Below, piece by piece: positions 18,879 through 27,842 of a DNA stretch of 35,399 bases (its first letter is position 1; every line of letters begins with the position of its first letter). Under the pieces are notes generated by a model that worked only from the letters and a program-made list of their open reading frames with translations, did not search any database and had not been told where the DNA came from. The position numbers were made by a program, and so were the translations under genes. Location: the NCBI GenBank assembly GCA_965213685.1, contig CBDBZY010000008.1, forward strand, positions 1 through 35,399, given 5' to 3'. The DNA is from a bacterium. Lineage in GTDB: Bacteria; UBA8248.

Positions 18879-21800
18879 ATTTCTACTACATCCACTGCAA
18901 AGAGACGCCCCATATTCGCGCTGGCCGCCGCACTGGGGATCGCCGCCGCACTCTGCCTGGGCGGCGGAGAGGCGCTGGCCCAGAACGGATGCACGGCGCC
19001 TTTCGACCCCGCGCAGAGAGTCGACTGCGTAGTCGGCCCTGCCCAGGGTGCTGACGTCAGCATTGACATTGACCTGGAGAACGCCGCCATCGATACGACG
19101 GGGGACCGCGTCATCGGCGTCGACGTCTCCCACCTCTCGGATATGGGCGACACGGAAATCGACGTCCGCGGCGGCTCCATCAAGACGGCGGGCCAGTGGG
19201 CCCATGGCTTCGATATCCAGCGTTGGGGGGTGGGTAAGGTCGACGTCGACCTCCGGGACGTGGAGATAACGACGACGGGCCGGCTGGCCCACGCCTTCAA
19301 GTTCGATACTCTTAACGATGTCGATACCGAAATCCACCTCGAGGACGTCGTCATCAACACGATGAACAACAAGGCCCTGGGCATCTCCTACGTCCACACC
19401 GACGAGGGCAGGGGCAACGTTGACGTCACCCTCCGGGACACGACCATCACGATAGGGGGGTCGGAGGCTGATTCCCACGGTATGCGGTTCGCGGCCCAGA
19501 CCCCGGGCGGCGGCGACATCCTGGTCGACATGAAAGGGGGCGGCGTCACGACGGAGGGCGCGACTTCCCACGCCATCTTCGCCGAGCACAACGGCGGCGA
19601 GCTCAACGTCGATAGCGAAAGCTCTTCTAAGATCGACATCGACGTGGAGAGCGCGACCCTCGGGACGAAGGGCCGCGAGTCCCACGGCATTCGCGCCTTG
19701 AATAAGGGCCGGGGGAGTCAGGAGGAGCATGGCGACATCGACATCGACGTCCGCGGCGGCTCCATCACGACGGAGGGCGCCACGTCCCACGGGATATTCG
19801 CCGAGCATCAGGGCGGGGGCGACATCAACGTCAACGTCGAGTCGGCGTCCGGGGGGGAGGGCGAGGAGGATGAGGCGGCCGAGATAACGACGAAGGGCGC
19901 GACGGCCTCCGCCGTCCACATCTCGCATACGGGGATGGGCGCCGCCGCCCTCACCGTCGAGGGCGCCACCATCAAGACGACGATGAATCACGCCCCTGTG
20001 GTCCAGGTCGCGCACACGGGGACGGGCGACGCCACCATCACCCTCGAGGACGCCACCGTCGAGATCGAAGGGGGCCTCGGCTCCCACGGGATATTTGCCA
20101 GGCATGGGGGCAAGGGGAACGTCGACCTCGTCCTCCGGGACACGACCCTCACGGAATCGGCGGGAGGGGGAGGCACCGGAAACCCCCACGGCATCTGGCT
20201 CGATCACGAAACCGCGGGCGGCCGCCTCAAGGTTGACATGAAAGGGGGCGGCGTCACGACGACGAGCGCGAATTCCCGCGCCATCTTCGCAGAGCAGGAC
20301 ATAGGCGGCGCCGACAACTTCGGCGATGGCGCCATCGACATCGACGTGGAGAGCGCGGTCCTCAAGACGATGGGCGACACAGCGGCCCATGCCATCTACG
20401 GCTTGAAATCGGGAGGGGGGGAGTCCGCGGAGGGCGCCATCACCATCGACGTCCGGGAGACGGAGATAACGACGGAGGGGCGGAGTGCAAGCGGGGTTCT
20501 CGGCACGCAGCTCGGCGTGGGCGACGTCGCCCTCAACGTCCAGGGCGGCTCCGTCTATACGAAGGGGCGGGCCGCCACTGCCGTCGACGCCTCGCATTCG
20601 GGGACGGGCGCCATCGCCATCGACGTCCTGGGGGCTGAGATAACGACGGAGGGGCAGTCCGCCACGGCCGTCGAAGCCACGCGTACGAAGACGGGCAATA
20701 TCGACTTCACCCTCCGGGATGCCGTCATCGAGACGAAGGGCGCACAGGCCAGAGGGGTTACCGCCGATTATAACGGATTCGATGGGTCGGGCGACATCAC
20801 CATCGACGTTCAGGGCGGCTCCATCAAGACGGCGGGATGGAGTGCCTCCGCCATTTCCGTCCTCCAAAACAGCAATGGCATGGTCACCATCGACGTTCAG
20901 GACACCTCCATCGAGACCGGGACGAATGGCGTCGACTCCTACGGCATTCACGGCACTGTGGGGGGAACGGGCGGGGTCGCCATCGGCGTTCAGGGCGGCC
21001 GAATCAGCACACAAGGAAGGTATGCCGCCGCCATCCTCGGCCAGGCTCTGGGCGCGGGCGACGTCAGCGTCGACGTCAGGGGCGTCGACGTCGATACGGC
21101 GGGCCAGGGCGCCGGCGGGATATCGGCCTTGTCCATCGGCACGGGCGACCTCGTCGTCAACATCGAGGACAGCTCGGTCGATACGGCGGGCGCCCCCGAC
21201 CTCGACTTCGGGCTATATTCCACCGCGATATACGCCACGCTTGACGGCGCGGGGAACATCGACGTCGTCTCGCGCGGCACCGACATCGGGACGGAGGGCA
21301 GTGGTGCCCACGGGATACATGCCACGCATGAGGACGATGGCACGGGGAACATCGGGGTCGACGTCCAGGGCGGCGGGATAACGACGAAGGGCGCCGGTGC
21401 CTACGCGATATACGCCACGCATGGGGGGACGGGGAACATCAACGTCGTCCTCGGGGAGGCGACCATCACGGTATCGGGGACGGATGATACCCCCCACGGC
21501 ATCCTGCTCGCGCACGAAGGCGCGGGCGACGTCACCGTCGGCGTTCAGGGCGGATCGGTCTCGACGGCGGGCGCCGGCGCTCACGCGATACACGCCACGC
21601 TTGCCGGTGCGGGGAACATTGACGTCGACTTGCGCGACGCCGCCATCGGGACGACGGGCGAGGATTCGAGCGGGATTGTCGCCTCGCATTCCGATGCGGG
21701 CGACGTCACCGTCGGCGTTCAGGGCGGATCGGTCTCGACGGCGGGCGCACTGGCCGATGGCGTCGAAGTCTATCATGCGGGGACGGGCGATACCACCATA

Positions 21801-24380
21801 ACCCTCCAAGATACCACTATCACCCTCCAGGACGCCACCGTCGGGACGGCGGGGGACAGCGGCGCCCGTGGGATATATTCCCGGCATACGGGCATGGGGA
21901 GCATCGACGTCGTCCTCCGGGACACGACCATCACGGTATCGGAGGGGGATGGCTCCCACGGCGTCCGGCTCGCGCACGAAAGCGCGGGCGACGTCTCCGT
22001 CGACGTTCAGGACAGCTCGGTCGAGACGACGGGCGCCAGTGGCCACGGCATTTTCGTCTCCCACGTGGGAGCGACGGACGACGAGGGGGACGCCACCGAG
22101 ACGACGGGCGCGGGGTCGAGCGGGATTGTCGCCGCGGATTCCCATGCGGACGGCGTCTCCATCGCCGTCCAGGGCGGCTCGGTCGGGACGGAGGGCGAGG
22201 TTTCCCACGGGATATACGCCACGCATGATGGCGCGGGCCCGGGGAACATCGGAGTCGACGTCCGGGAGGCTGAGATAACGACGACGGGCTTCACTTCCCA
22301 CGGGATATACGCCACGCATGATGGCGCGGGGAACATCGACGCCGCCCTCCGGGACGCGACCTTCACGGCATCGGGGCAGGCTGGCCGCGGCATCTATCTC
22401 GCGCACGAAGGCGCGGGCGACGTCTCCGTCGACGTCCAGGGCGGTTCGATCGGGACGGAGGGCTCTAGTGCCTACGCGATATACGCCACGCTTGCCGGTG
22501 CGGGGAACGTTGACGTCGACTTGCGCGACGCCGCCATCGGGACGAAGGGCGACGGGTCGACCGGGGTTCTCGCCGCGCATTCCGATGCGGGCGCCGTCTC
22601 CATCGACGTCCAGGGCGGTTCGGTCGAGACGGAGGGCGCCCACGCCGCCGGGATATATGGCGTGCTTCGCGGGGCGGGGAGCATCGCCATCGTCTCGCGC
22701 GACGCCGCCATCGGGACGAAGGGCGAAGGGTCGCACGGGATTACCGCCTTGCATTCCGACGCGGGCGCCGTCTCCATCGACGTCCAGGGCGGTTCGATCC
22801 AGGTGGCGGGCGCCGGCTCCGGCGGGATATTTGTCGCGCATCGCGGCGGCGCGGGGGACGTCTCCATCGACGTTCAGGACGCCTCGGTCGAGATGAGGGG
22901 CGCGCGTTCCCACGGCGTCTTCAGCCGGCACGACACCGGCGCGGGCTCCATGAAGGTTGTCGTGGGTAGCGGGTCGGTGGTTCGCGCCGCCGGCGGGGGG
23001 TCGCGCGGGGTGCAGCTGGGCGAGGTGAACCCGGATACGGGCACAGCGGACGGCGCCGCCGGGGTGGACGCGGATGGCTACCGGCGGCAGAGCGTCGAGG
23101 TGAACGGCCGCGTGTTCGGCGGCTCGGGGGCTGGTGCTGGCGTGTATCTCGCCGGCGGCGGTCGCGTCCGGATCGGGCCGGCGGGGAGCGTGGGGGCGTC
23201 GTCGGGCGTGGCGATTCGCGCTGCGGGAGAGGCGCCCGCGCTTCTGTTGGAGATGGACCTGGACGGTCGCCGGGTGGAGGAGGCCATCCACGACGACTTC
23301 GTTCTCAACGAGGGCGGTGCGACGACGATCTTCGTGAACGGCGTGAAGTTGCACGACGGCACACAGGGCGCCACCGGCGCGCTCGTCGAGAACGGGATAC
23401 TGGACGTCCGGCTCGTCGCGGCCGCCGCGGTCGCGGGCAGGGATTTTTCCGCGAAGGATTTTCTCCAGAACTACGCCCCCCGGGTGCCCGTCTACCAGGC
23501 CGCACCAGACGTGCTGTTGCGGGCCTCGGAGGGTCTGGAAGGGGAGCGGGTCGCCTCTCCCGGCTCGCCGGTCTGGGCGCGGGTTTCCGTCGGGGAAGGC
23601 TCCCACGCCTCGAGCGGCTCCGCACTGGACATGGAGTATGATTTGTCACGCTATGAGGCGGAAGCCGGGCTGAACCTCTCGTTCGCCTCCGTGCAGGGGC
23701 TGGTGGGTACCCTCTCGGTGCGCCACGTGGACGCTTCGGCGGACGTGGAGTCCTCGGACGGCGGGGGCGATTTGGAGGCGCAGGGTCTGGGCGCAGCGCT
23801 CGGCCTCTCGTATCGGACGGAGGCCGGCTACTACGTGGACGGCCGCTTCTCGTTGATGGCCTACGAGGTGGAGTTCTCCTCTGACCTGCGGGGCGATGTG
23901 GGGGACACGGACGCGGAGAGCCATTCCCTGGCTCTGGAGGCCGGTCGTCGCATCGCCCTCGGGGGCGGGATGAGCCTGACGCCGCGTGCGTGGCTGGTGC
24001 GCTCGACGGTTTCGGTGGACGGCTTCACGGACGCGCGCGGCACCCGGGTCTCCTTCCCGGACGCGACGCGCCTCCGGGTCGGCGGTGGCGTGGTGGCGCA
24101 GCTCTCCCGCCAGCTGGACGGCGGGGAGCGGGAGTTCTCGCTGCGCGGCTCGGCGGACTTCGGGCGGACGATAGACGGGGCGGAGACGACGGTGGACCTC
24201 TCCACGGACCTCTCTCGAGAGAAGCTCAAGTCGGACCACGAGAAAAACCGCCTGCGCCTGGGGCTGGGCGGTGCTGCGCGCTGGGGTCGCTTCACGCTCG
24301 AGGGTGCGTTCTTCGCGGGCGGCGTGGGTTCGGACGACAGCGAATACGGCGGGCGCCTCTCCCTCGGTATCCGGTTCTAG
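18879..24380 (+). CDS. Autotransporter 3 (type Va), intact, ~1833 aa
   Basis: ORF 19143..24380 extends upstream in frame through the signal peptide (I)STTSTAKRRPIFALAAALGIAAALCLGGGEALA-QNGC to a TGA at 18843. Barrel ends LGIRF. Confidence 0.9.
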   Translation: MSTTSTAKRRPIFALAAALGIAAALCLGGGEALAQNGCTAPFDPAQRVDCVVGPAQGADVSIDIDLENAAIDTTGDRVIGVDVSHLSDMGDTEIDVRGGSIKTAGQWAHGFDIQRWGVGKVDVDLRDVEITTTGRLAHAFKFDTLNDVDTEIHLEDVVINTMNNKALGISYVHTDEGRGNVDVTLRDTTITIGGSEADSHGMRFAAQTPGGGDILVDMKGGGVTTEGATSHAIFAEHNGGELNVDSESSSKIDIDVESATLGTKGRESHGIRALNKGRGSQEEHGDIDIDVRGGSITTEGATSHGIFAEHQGGGDINVNVESASGGEGEEDEAAEITTKGATASAVHISHTGMGAAALTVEGATIKTTMNHAPVVQVAHTGTGDATITLEDATVEIEGGLGSHGIFARHGGKGNVDLVLRDTTLTESAGGGGTGNPHGIWLDHETAGGRLKVDMKGGGVTTTSANSRAIFAEQDIGGADNFGDGAIDIDVESAVLKTMGDTAAHAIYGLKSGGGESAEGAITIDVRETEITTEGRSASGVLGTQLGVGDVALNVQGGSVYTKGRAATAVDASHSGTGAIAIDVLGAEITTEGQSATAVEATRTKTGNIDFTLRDAVIETKGAQARGVTADYNGFDGSGDITIDVQGGSIKTAGWSASAISVLQNSNGMVTIDVQDTSIETGTNGVDSYGIHGTVGGTGGVAIGVQGGRISTQGRYAAAILGQALGAGDVSVDVRGVDVDTAGQGAGGISALSIGTGDLVVNIEDSSVDTAGAPDLDFGLYSTAIYATLDGAGNIDVVSRGTDIGTEGSGAHGIHATHEDDGTGNIGVDVQGGGITTKGAGAYAIYATHGGTGNINVVLGEATITVSGTDDTPHGILLAHEGAGDVTVGVQGGSVSTAGAGAHAIHATLAGAGNIDVDLRDAAIGTTGEDSSGIVASHSDAGDVTVGVQGGSVSTAGALADGVEVYHAGTGDTTITLQDTTITLQDATVGTAGDSGARGIYSRHTGMGSIDVVLRDTTITVSEGDGSHGVRLAHESAGDVSVDVQDSSVETTGASGHGIFVSHVGATDDEGDATETTGAGSSGIVAADSHADGVSIAVQGGSVGTEGEVSHGIYATHDGAGPGNIGVDVREAEITTTGFTSHGIYATHDGAGNIDAALRDATFTASGQAGRGIYLAHEGAGDVSVDVQGGSIGTEGSSAYAIYATLAGAGNVDVDLRDAAIGTKGDGSTGVLAAHSDAGAVSIDVQGGSVETEGAHAAGIYGVLRGAGSIAIVSRDAAIGTKGEGSHGITALHSDAGAVSIDVQGGSIQVAGAGSGGIFVAHRGGAGDVSIDVQDASVEMRGARSHGVFSRHDTGAGSMKVVVGSGSVVRAAGGGSRGVQLGEVNPDTGTADGAAGVDADGYRRQSVEVNGRVFGGSGAGAGVYLAGGGRVRIGPAGSVGASSGVAIRAAGEAPALLLEMDLDGRRVEEAIHDDFVLNEGGATTIFVNGVKLHDGTQGATGALVENGILDVRLVAAAAVAGRDFSAKDFLQNYAPRVPVYQAAPDVLLRASEGLEGERVASPGSPVWARVSVGEGSHASSGSALDMEYDLSRYEAEAGLNLSFASVQGLVGTLSVRHVDASADVESSDGGGDLEAQGLGAALGLSYRTEAGYYVDGRFSLMAYEVEFSSDLRGDVGDTDAESHSLALEAGRRIALGGGMSLTPRAWLVRSTVSVDGFTDARGTRVSFPDATRLRVGGGVVAQLSRQLDGGEREFSLRGSADFGRTIDGAETTVDLSTDLSREKLKSDHEKNRLRLGLGGAARWGRFTLEGAFFAGGVGSDDSEYGGRLSLGIRF

Positions 24381-24461
24381 GGGGACGGCGGCGGCGGCGG
24401 GCGCCCCCGCACCAGTGCGCGAGCCGTCTGTTGCGCGAGGCATTATTAAAGTGCAATTTTC

Positions 24462-24494
24462 CCCCGGGACGCCGCGCGGCGCCGCGTCCCGGGG
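24462..24494 (+). terminator. GC hairpin downstream of autotransporter 3
   Basis: ccccgggacgc...gcgtcccgggg inverted repeat. The T-run is not immediately adjacent. Confidence 0.4.
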
Positions 24495-24661
24495 CGGCGC
24501 TTTTCCCGGAAAGAGGCTCGATCTGGACGGAACGGGGTGGTAATATGAACGTGCGGCGAGCGTCTCTGCGTTCTCCGCATCGGCCGGATTTGCAGGCGTT
24601 CTTGCCCTGTCGGATGCGAAGCTAGGGGCAGGGTGTTCCTTCTGTGGGGAGAATGTGACTC

Positions 24662-24931
24662 ATGCGCAAAATGGCAGGTGTGATGGCGACGGTTGCGGCT
24701 GTTTTTCTGGTCTCGGGATGCACACCTTCCCACACCGTTTGGCTGAAGCGCGGCGTTGGGGTGACGATGGCGCAGGCGGTGAAGGACCTGAAAAACTGCT
24801 CGGACAAAGCGGGTTTCATCTTCGAGGCGAGTCCGCAGAAGGGCGGCCCGTCGGCGGTCAGCTCCGAGGTGTCGTACGAAACGAGCGGATTCGCGAACTG
24901 CATGACCGCCAAGGGGTTCCAGAAGAAGTAG
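24662..24931 (+). CDS. Small hypothetical lipoprotein
   Basis: Basic N-terminus, hydrophobic stretch and lipobox VSGC. Two further Cys (KNC, ANC). GGGGAG SD. Confidence 0.75.
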   Translation: MRKMAGVMATVAAVFLVSGCTPSHTVWLKRGVGVTMAQAVKDLKNCSDKAGFIFEASPQKGGPSAVSSEVSYETSGFANCMTAKGFQKK

Positions 24932-25026
24932 GTTTCCGGCGGAAGCGCCGGCGGCGCCCCCATCCTTCCGATGAACGCTGGGCGGGCGGCCGCGCGGGAG
25001 ACGCGCGGGTGAGAGATGCGGCGGCA

Positions 25027-25073
25027 GGGAGAGGAGGAGCCGGAGGGGATGTTCTCCGGTTTTTCTCTTTCCC
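25027..25073 (+). terminator. Hairpin with U-rich tail between the lipoprotein gene and moaB
   Basis: gccggag-gggatgtt-ctccggt followed by ttttctcttt. The stem can be extended by G-U pairs. Confidence 0.5.
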
Positions 25074-25140
25074 CCCGGCGGCGTTTCCTCATACGGGCGC
25101 GCGGGCGATGCGTCATGGAAGTGGGCCGTAGAAAGGGGAG

Positions 25141-25707
25141 ATGCGCATGAGCGAGGGCTGCGGCCCCTCCCGCGGGCAAGTCGAGCGGGCGGTGCGGCGG
25201 AAGACGTTCGAGGAGCACCGCGCCGAGGGGCCGGACGTCGTGACGTGCGGCGTGCTCACGGTGAGCGACACGCGCACCGAGGAGACCGACACGAGCGGAA
25301 AGCTGATCGTCAACATGCTGTGCGACAGCGGCCACAAGGTGCCCTTCTATCGCATCGTGCAGGACGAGCCGGCCCAAATTCGCGCATCCCTGCTGGAGGC
25401 GTGCGCGAATCCCGAGGTGCAGGTGGTGATCTCAAACGGCGGCACCGGCATCACCCGGCGGGATACGACCTACGACGTCGTCGTCTCCATTCTGGAGAAG
25501 GAGATGCCCGGCTTCGGCGAGTTGTTCCGCGCCGTGAGCTTCGAGGAGATCGGGACGGCGGCCATGCTCACCCGCGCGACGGCGGGGACTTGCCGGGACA
25601 CCATCATCATGACGCTTCCGGGGTCCGGAAACGCCTGCCGCACGGGGCTGGAGAAAATCATCCTCCCCGAGATCAGCCACATGGTGCGCGAGGTGCTGAA
25701 ATCGTAG
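25141..25707 (+). CDS. moaB: Molybdenum cofactor biosynthesis protein MoaB/MogA
   Basis: VLTVSDTRTEETDTSG, NGGTGITRRDTT, EMPGFGELFR, AMLTRA and LPGS motifs. Confidence 0.92.
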   Translation: MRMSEGCGPSRGQVERAVRRKTFEEHRAEGPDVVTCGVLTVSDTRTEETDTSGKLIVNMLCDSGHKVPFYRIVQDEPAQIRASLLEACANPEVQVVISNGGTGITRRDTTYDVVVSILEKEMPGFGELFRAVSFEEIGTAAMLTRATAGTCRDTIIMTLPGSGNACRTGLEKIILPEISHMVREVLKS

Positions 25708-25822
25708 GGAATCTTCCCTCGAGGAGGCCCCCTCCCTTACGGGAATCCCCTCCGCGCGCGCGGGCGCAACGCGCCCACCCCACATGCGGCGTCCCCCCGT
25801 TGCGCCTCCGGTCGTCGTCAAG

Positions 25823-25852
25823 TTGACACGAAATATCCGAAGAGACTAGTTT
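25823..25852 (+). promoter_or_regulatory. Putative sigma70 promoter of the coaD operon
   Basis: TTGACA-18 nt-TAGTTT, about 60 nt upstream of coaD. Confidence 0.55.
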
Positions 25853-25909
25853 TGATGCGCGCTTCTCCCGGGAGGGAGAGATTTTTCGAGCCTGACGAGG
25901 TGCGTTTTC

Positions 25910-26401
25910 ATGGAAAGCCACGCGGTGTATCCGGGAACGTTCGACCCCCCGACCAGAGGACATTTCAACGTGGTTCGCAGGAGCCAGAAACTTTTCGCCA
26001 GGGTCACCGTGGCCGTCTCCGCGCACCCCTCCAAGGCGCCCCTGTTCAGTTTCGAGGAGCGAAAAAATTTTTTCCTGGAAGAATTCGGCGGCTCCGGGGG
26101 GGTGGAGGTCGCCAGCTTCGAGCGCGAGCTGCTCGTGGACTTCGCGGCGAAGATGGAGGCCCAGGCCATCATCCGGGGCCTGCGCGCCGTGAGCGATTTC
26201 GACTACGAGATGCAGATGACGCTCATGAACAGAAGGCTGAATGAGGAGATTGAGACGATTTTCCTCATGCCCAGCGAGCAATACAGCTTCTTGAGTTCCA
26301 GCCTCGTCAAGGAAGTCGCCTCCCTCGGCGGAGACGTGAGCGAGCACGTGTCCGCGTCCGTGCGCGATGCGCTCCGCGAGCGGTTCCGCGTCGACGCCTG
26401 A
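25910..26401 (+). CDS. coaD: Phosphopantetheine adenylyltransferase
   Basis: YPGTFDPPTRGH, IIRGLRAVSDFDYE and SSSLVKEVA. Confidence 0.97.
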   Translation: MESHAVYPGTFDPPTRGHFNVVRRSQKLFARVTVAVSAHPSKAPLFSFEERKNFFLEEFGGSGGVEVASFERELLVDFAAKMEAQAIIRGLRAVSDFDYEMQMTLMNRRLNEEIETIFLMPSEQYSFLSSSLVKEVASLGGDVSEHVSASVRDALRERFRVDA

Positions 26402-26430
26402 CGTCCCTTTTCCATCCTGGAGAGACCCCC

Positions 26431-27627
26431 ATGCAGTTTGCGTCCCGAATGAGCAAGTTACCGCCCAGCCCCACGCTGGCGATGAACTCCAGAGCGGCGG
26501 AGATGAAGGCGCAGGGCGTCGACGTCATCTCGTTCGCCGCGGGGGAGCCGGATTTCGATACGCCCGAGCACGTCAAGGAAGGCGCCATCCAGGGGCTGCG
26601 CGACGGTGCGACGAAATACACGGCGGTTCGGGGGATGCTCCCCTTGCGGGAGGCGATCTGCGACTGGGCGGGGGAGCACAAGGGCCTCGCGTATGACCCC
26701 AAGACGGAGGCGATCGTCACCGTGGGCGGAAAGCAGTCCGTCTTCAACGCCCTGCACGTCCTCGTCGAGGCGGGCGACGAGGTGGTGATTCCGGCCCCCA
26801 TATGGGTGGCGTATGAGCCCGTCGCCACCCTGACGGGCGCAAAGCCGGTTCTGGTGCGGACGAGCGAGGAAAACAGCCACAAGATGACGGCGGATGAATT
26901 GCGCGAAGCCGTCTCCCCGCGCACGAGAATCGTGGTGATCAACAGCCCGTGCAATCCGACGGGCTGCGTCTACGCCCGGGAGGAGCTGGAGGCGATCGCC
27001 GAAGTCGTCCTGTCCACGAACGCTCTGGTCATGGCGGACGAGATTTACGGAAAGATTACCTACGACGGCGAGGAACACGTATCCATAGCCAGCCTCTCCC
27101 CCGAGATGAAGGCGCGCACCCTGGTTCTGGACGGCTTCTCGAAGACCTACGCGATGACGGGCTGGCGGATGGGCTACACGCTGGCGGCACCGGAAATCGT
27201 GGACGCGATGGACACCCTGCAAGGCCAGAGCACCAGCAACGCCACCTCCTTCGCGCAGCATGGCGGGATTGCGGCGCTGCGGGGTCCGCACGCATTCCTG
27301 CGGGAGTGGCTGGCGCAATACGATGCGCGCAGACGGGCCATCGTCGAGGGGTTGAACGGCATTGAGGGGCTGGGCGTCGTGAACCCCAAGGGGGCCTTCT
27401 ACGTCTTTCCGCGGGTGAGCGGCATCTTCGGGCGCCAGGGGCCCGGCGGGGAGTTGAAAAATTCCGTGGACGTGGGCCTCTATCTGCTCGAACACGCGCA
27501 ATGCGCGGGCGTTCCAGGCGCGGGATTCGGGGATGACGATCACCTCCGCCTCTCCTATGCCACTTCTCTGGAAAACGTGCAGGAGGGCATCGAGCGCATC
27601 CGGGCCGCGGTGGGACAACTCGGCTGA
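26431..27627 (+). CDS. aspC: PLP-dependent class I/II aminotransferase (aspartate aminotransferase)
   Basis: GEPDFDTP, NSPCNPTG, DEIY, FSKTYAMTGWRMG, GAFY and LRLSYA. Confidence 0.93.
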   Translation: MQFASRMSKLPPSPTLAMNSRAAEMKAQGVDVISFAAGEPDFDTPEHVKEGAIQGLRDGATKYTAVRGMLPLREAICDWAGEHKGLAYDPKTEAIVTVGGKQSVFNALHVLVEAGDEVVIPAPIWVAYEPVATLTGAKPVLVRTSEENSHKMTADELREAVSPRTRIVVINSPCNPTGCVYAREELEAIAEVVLSTNALVMADEIYGKITYDGEEHVSIASLSPEMKARTLVLDGFSKTYAMTGWRMGYTLAAPEIVDAMDTLQGQSTSNATSFAQHGGIAALRGPHAFLREWLAQYDARRRAIVEGLNGIEGLGVVNPKGAFYVFPRVSGIFGRQGPGGELKNSVDVGLYLLEHAQCAGVPGAGFGDDDHLRLSYATSLENVQEGIERIRAAVGQLG

Positions 27628-27842
27628 TGCATGGCCTGGGCCGCGCTCTGCAGATTCTCGCCATGGTGGATTGCGGCGTCGCCCTGCTCGTCGGCGTGGC
27701 GAACCCTGCCGCCTACGCGATCCAGCTCGTCATTCTGGGGTCGGCGGTCATCCTGTTCTCCGCCGGACGCCTCCTCCAGAAGAGGGCGCATGGCCGGCCG
27801 GCGGCCGGGCGGGGTCGCCCGTCCGCGCCCGGGGGCGGATGA
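27627..27842 (+). CDS. Small two-helix membrane protein
   Basis: TGATG coupling to the aminotransferase, two hydrophobic segments, ATGA coupling to the next gene. Confidence 0.7.
   Translation: MHGLGRALQILAMVDCGVALLVGVANPAAYAIQLVILGSAVILFSAGRLLQKRAHGRPAAGRGRPSAPGGG

Noticed and set aside
18877-18883. A-AAT-TTC slippery heptamer in the frame of the upstream ATG (MGGSENF ORFs in all three leaders)
   Set aside because: A -1 shift does not reach the autotransporter frame, which needs +1, and that ATG has no SD.
5450-23606. Long antisense or alternative-frame ORFs (e.g. 5450..7708, 6783..9014, 13771..16557, 18753..21014, 21213..23606)
   Set aside because: These are shadow ORFs expected from high-GC codon bias opposite recognisable genes. 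They carry no family motifs.
9286-24380. Diversity-generating retroelement or shufflon explanation for the repeats
   Set aside because: There is no reverse transcriptase or site-specific recombinase in the window. Differences are not adenine-specific, and all copies are in direct orientation.
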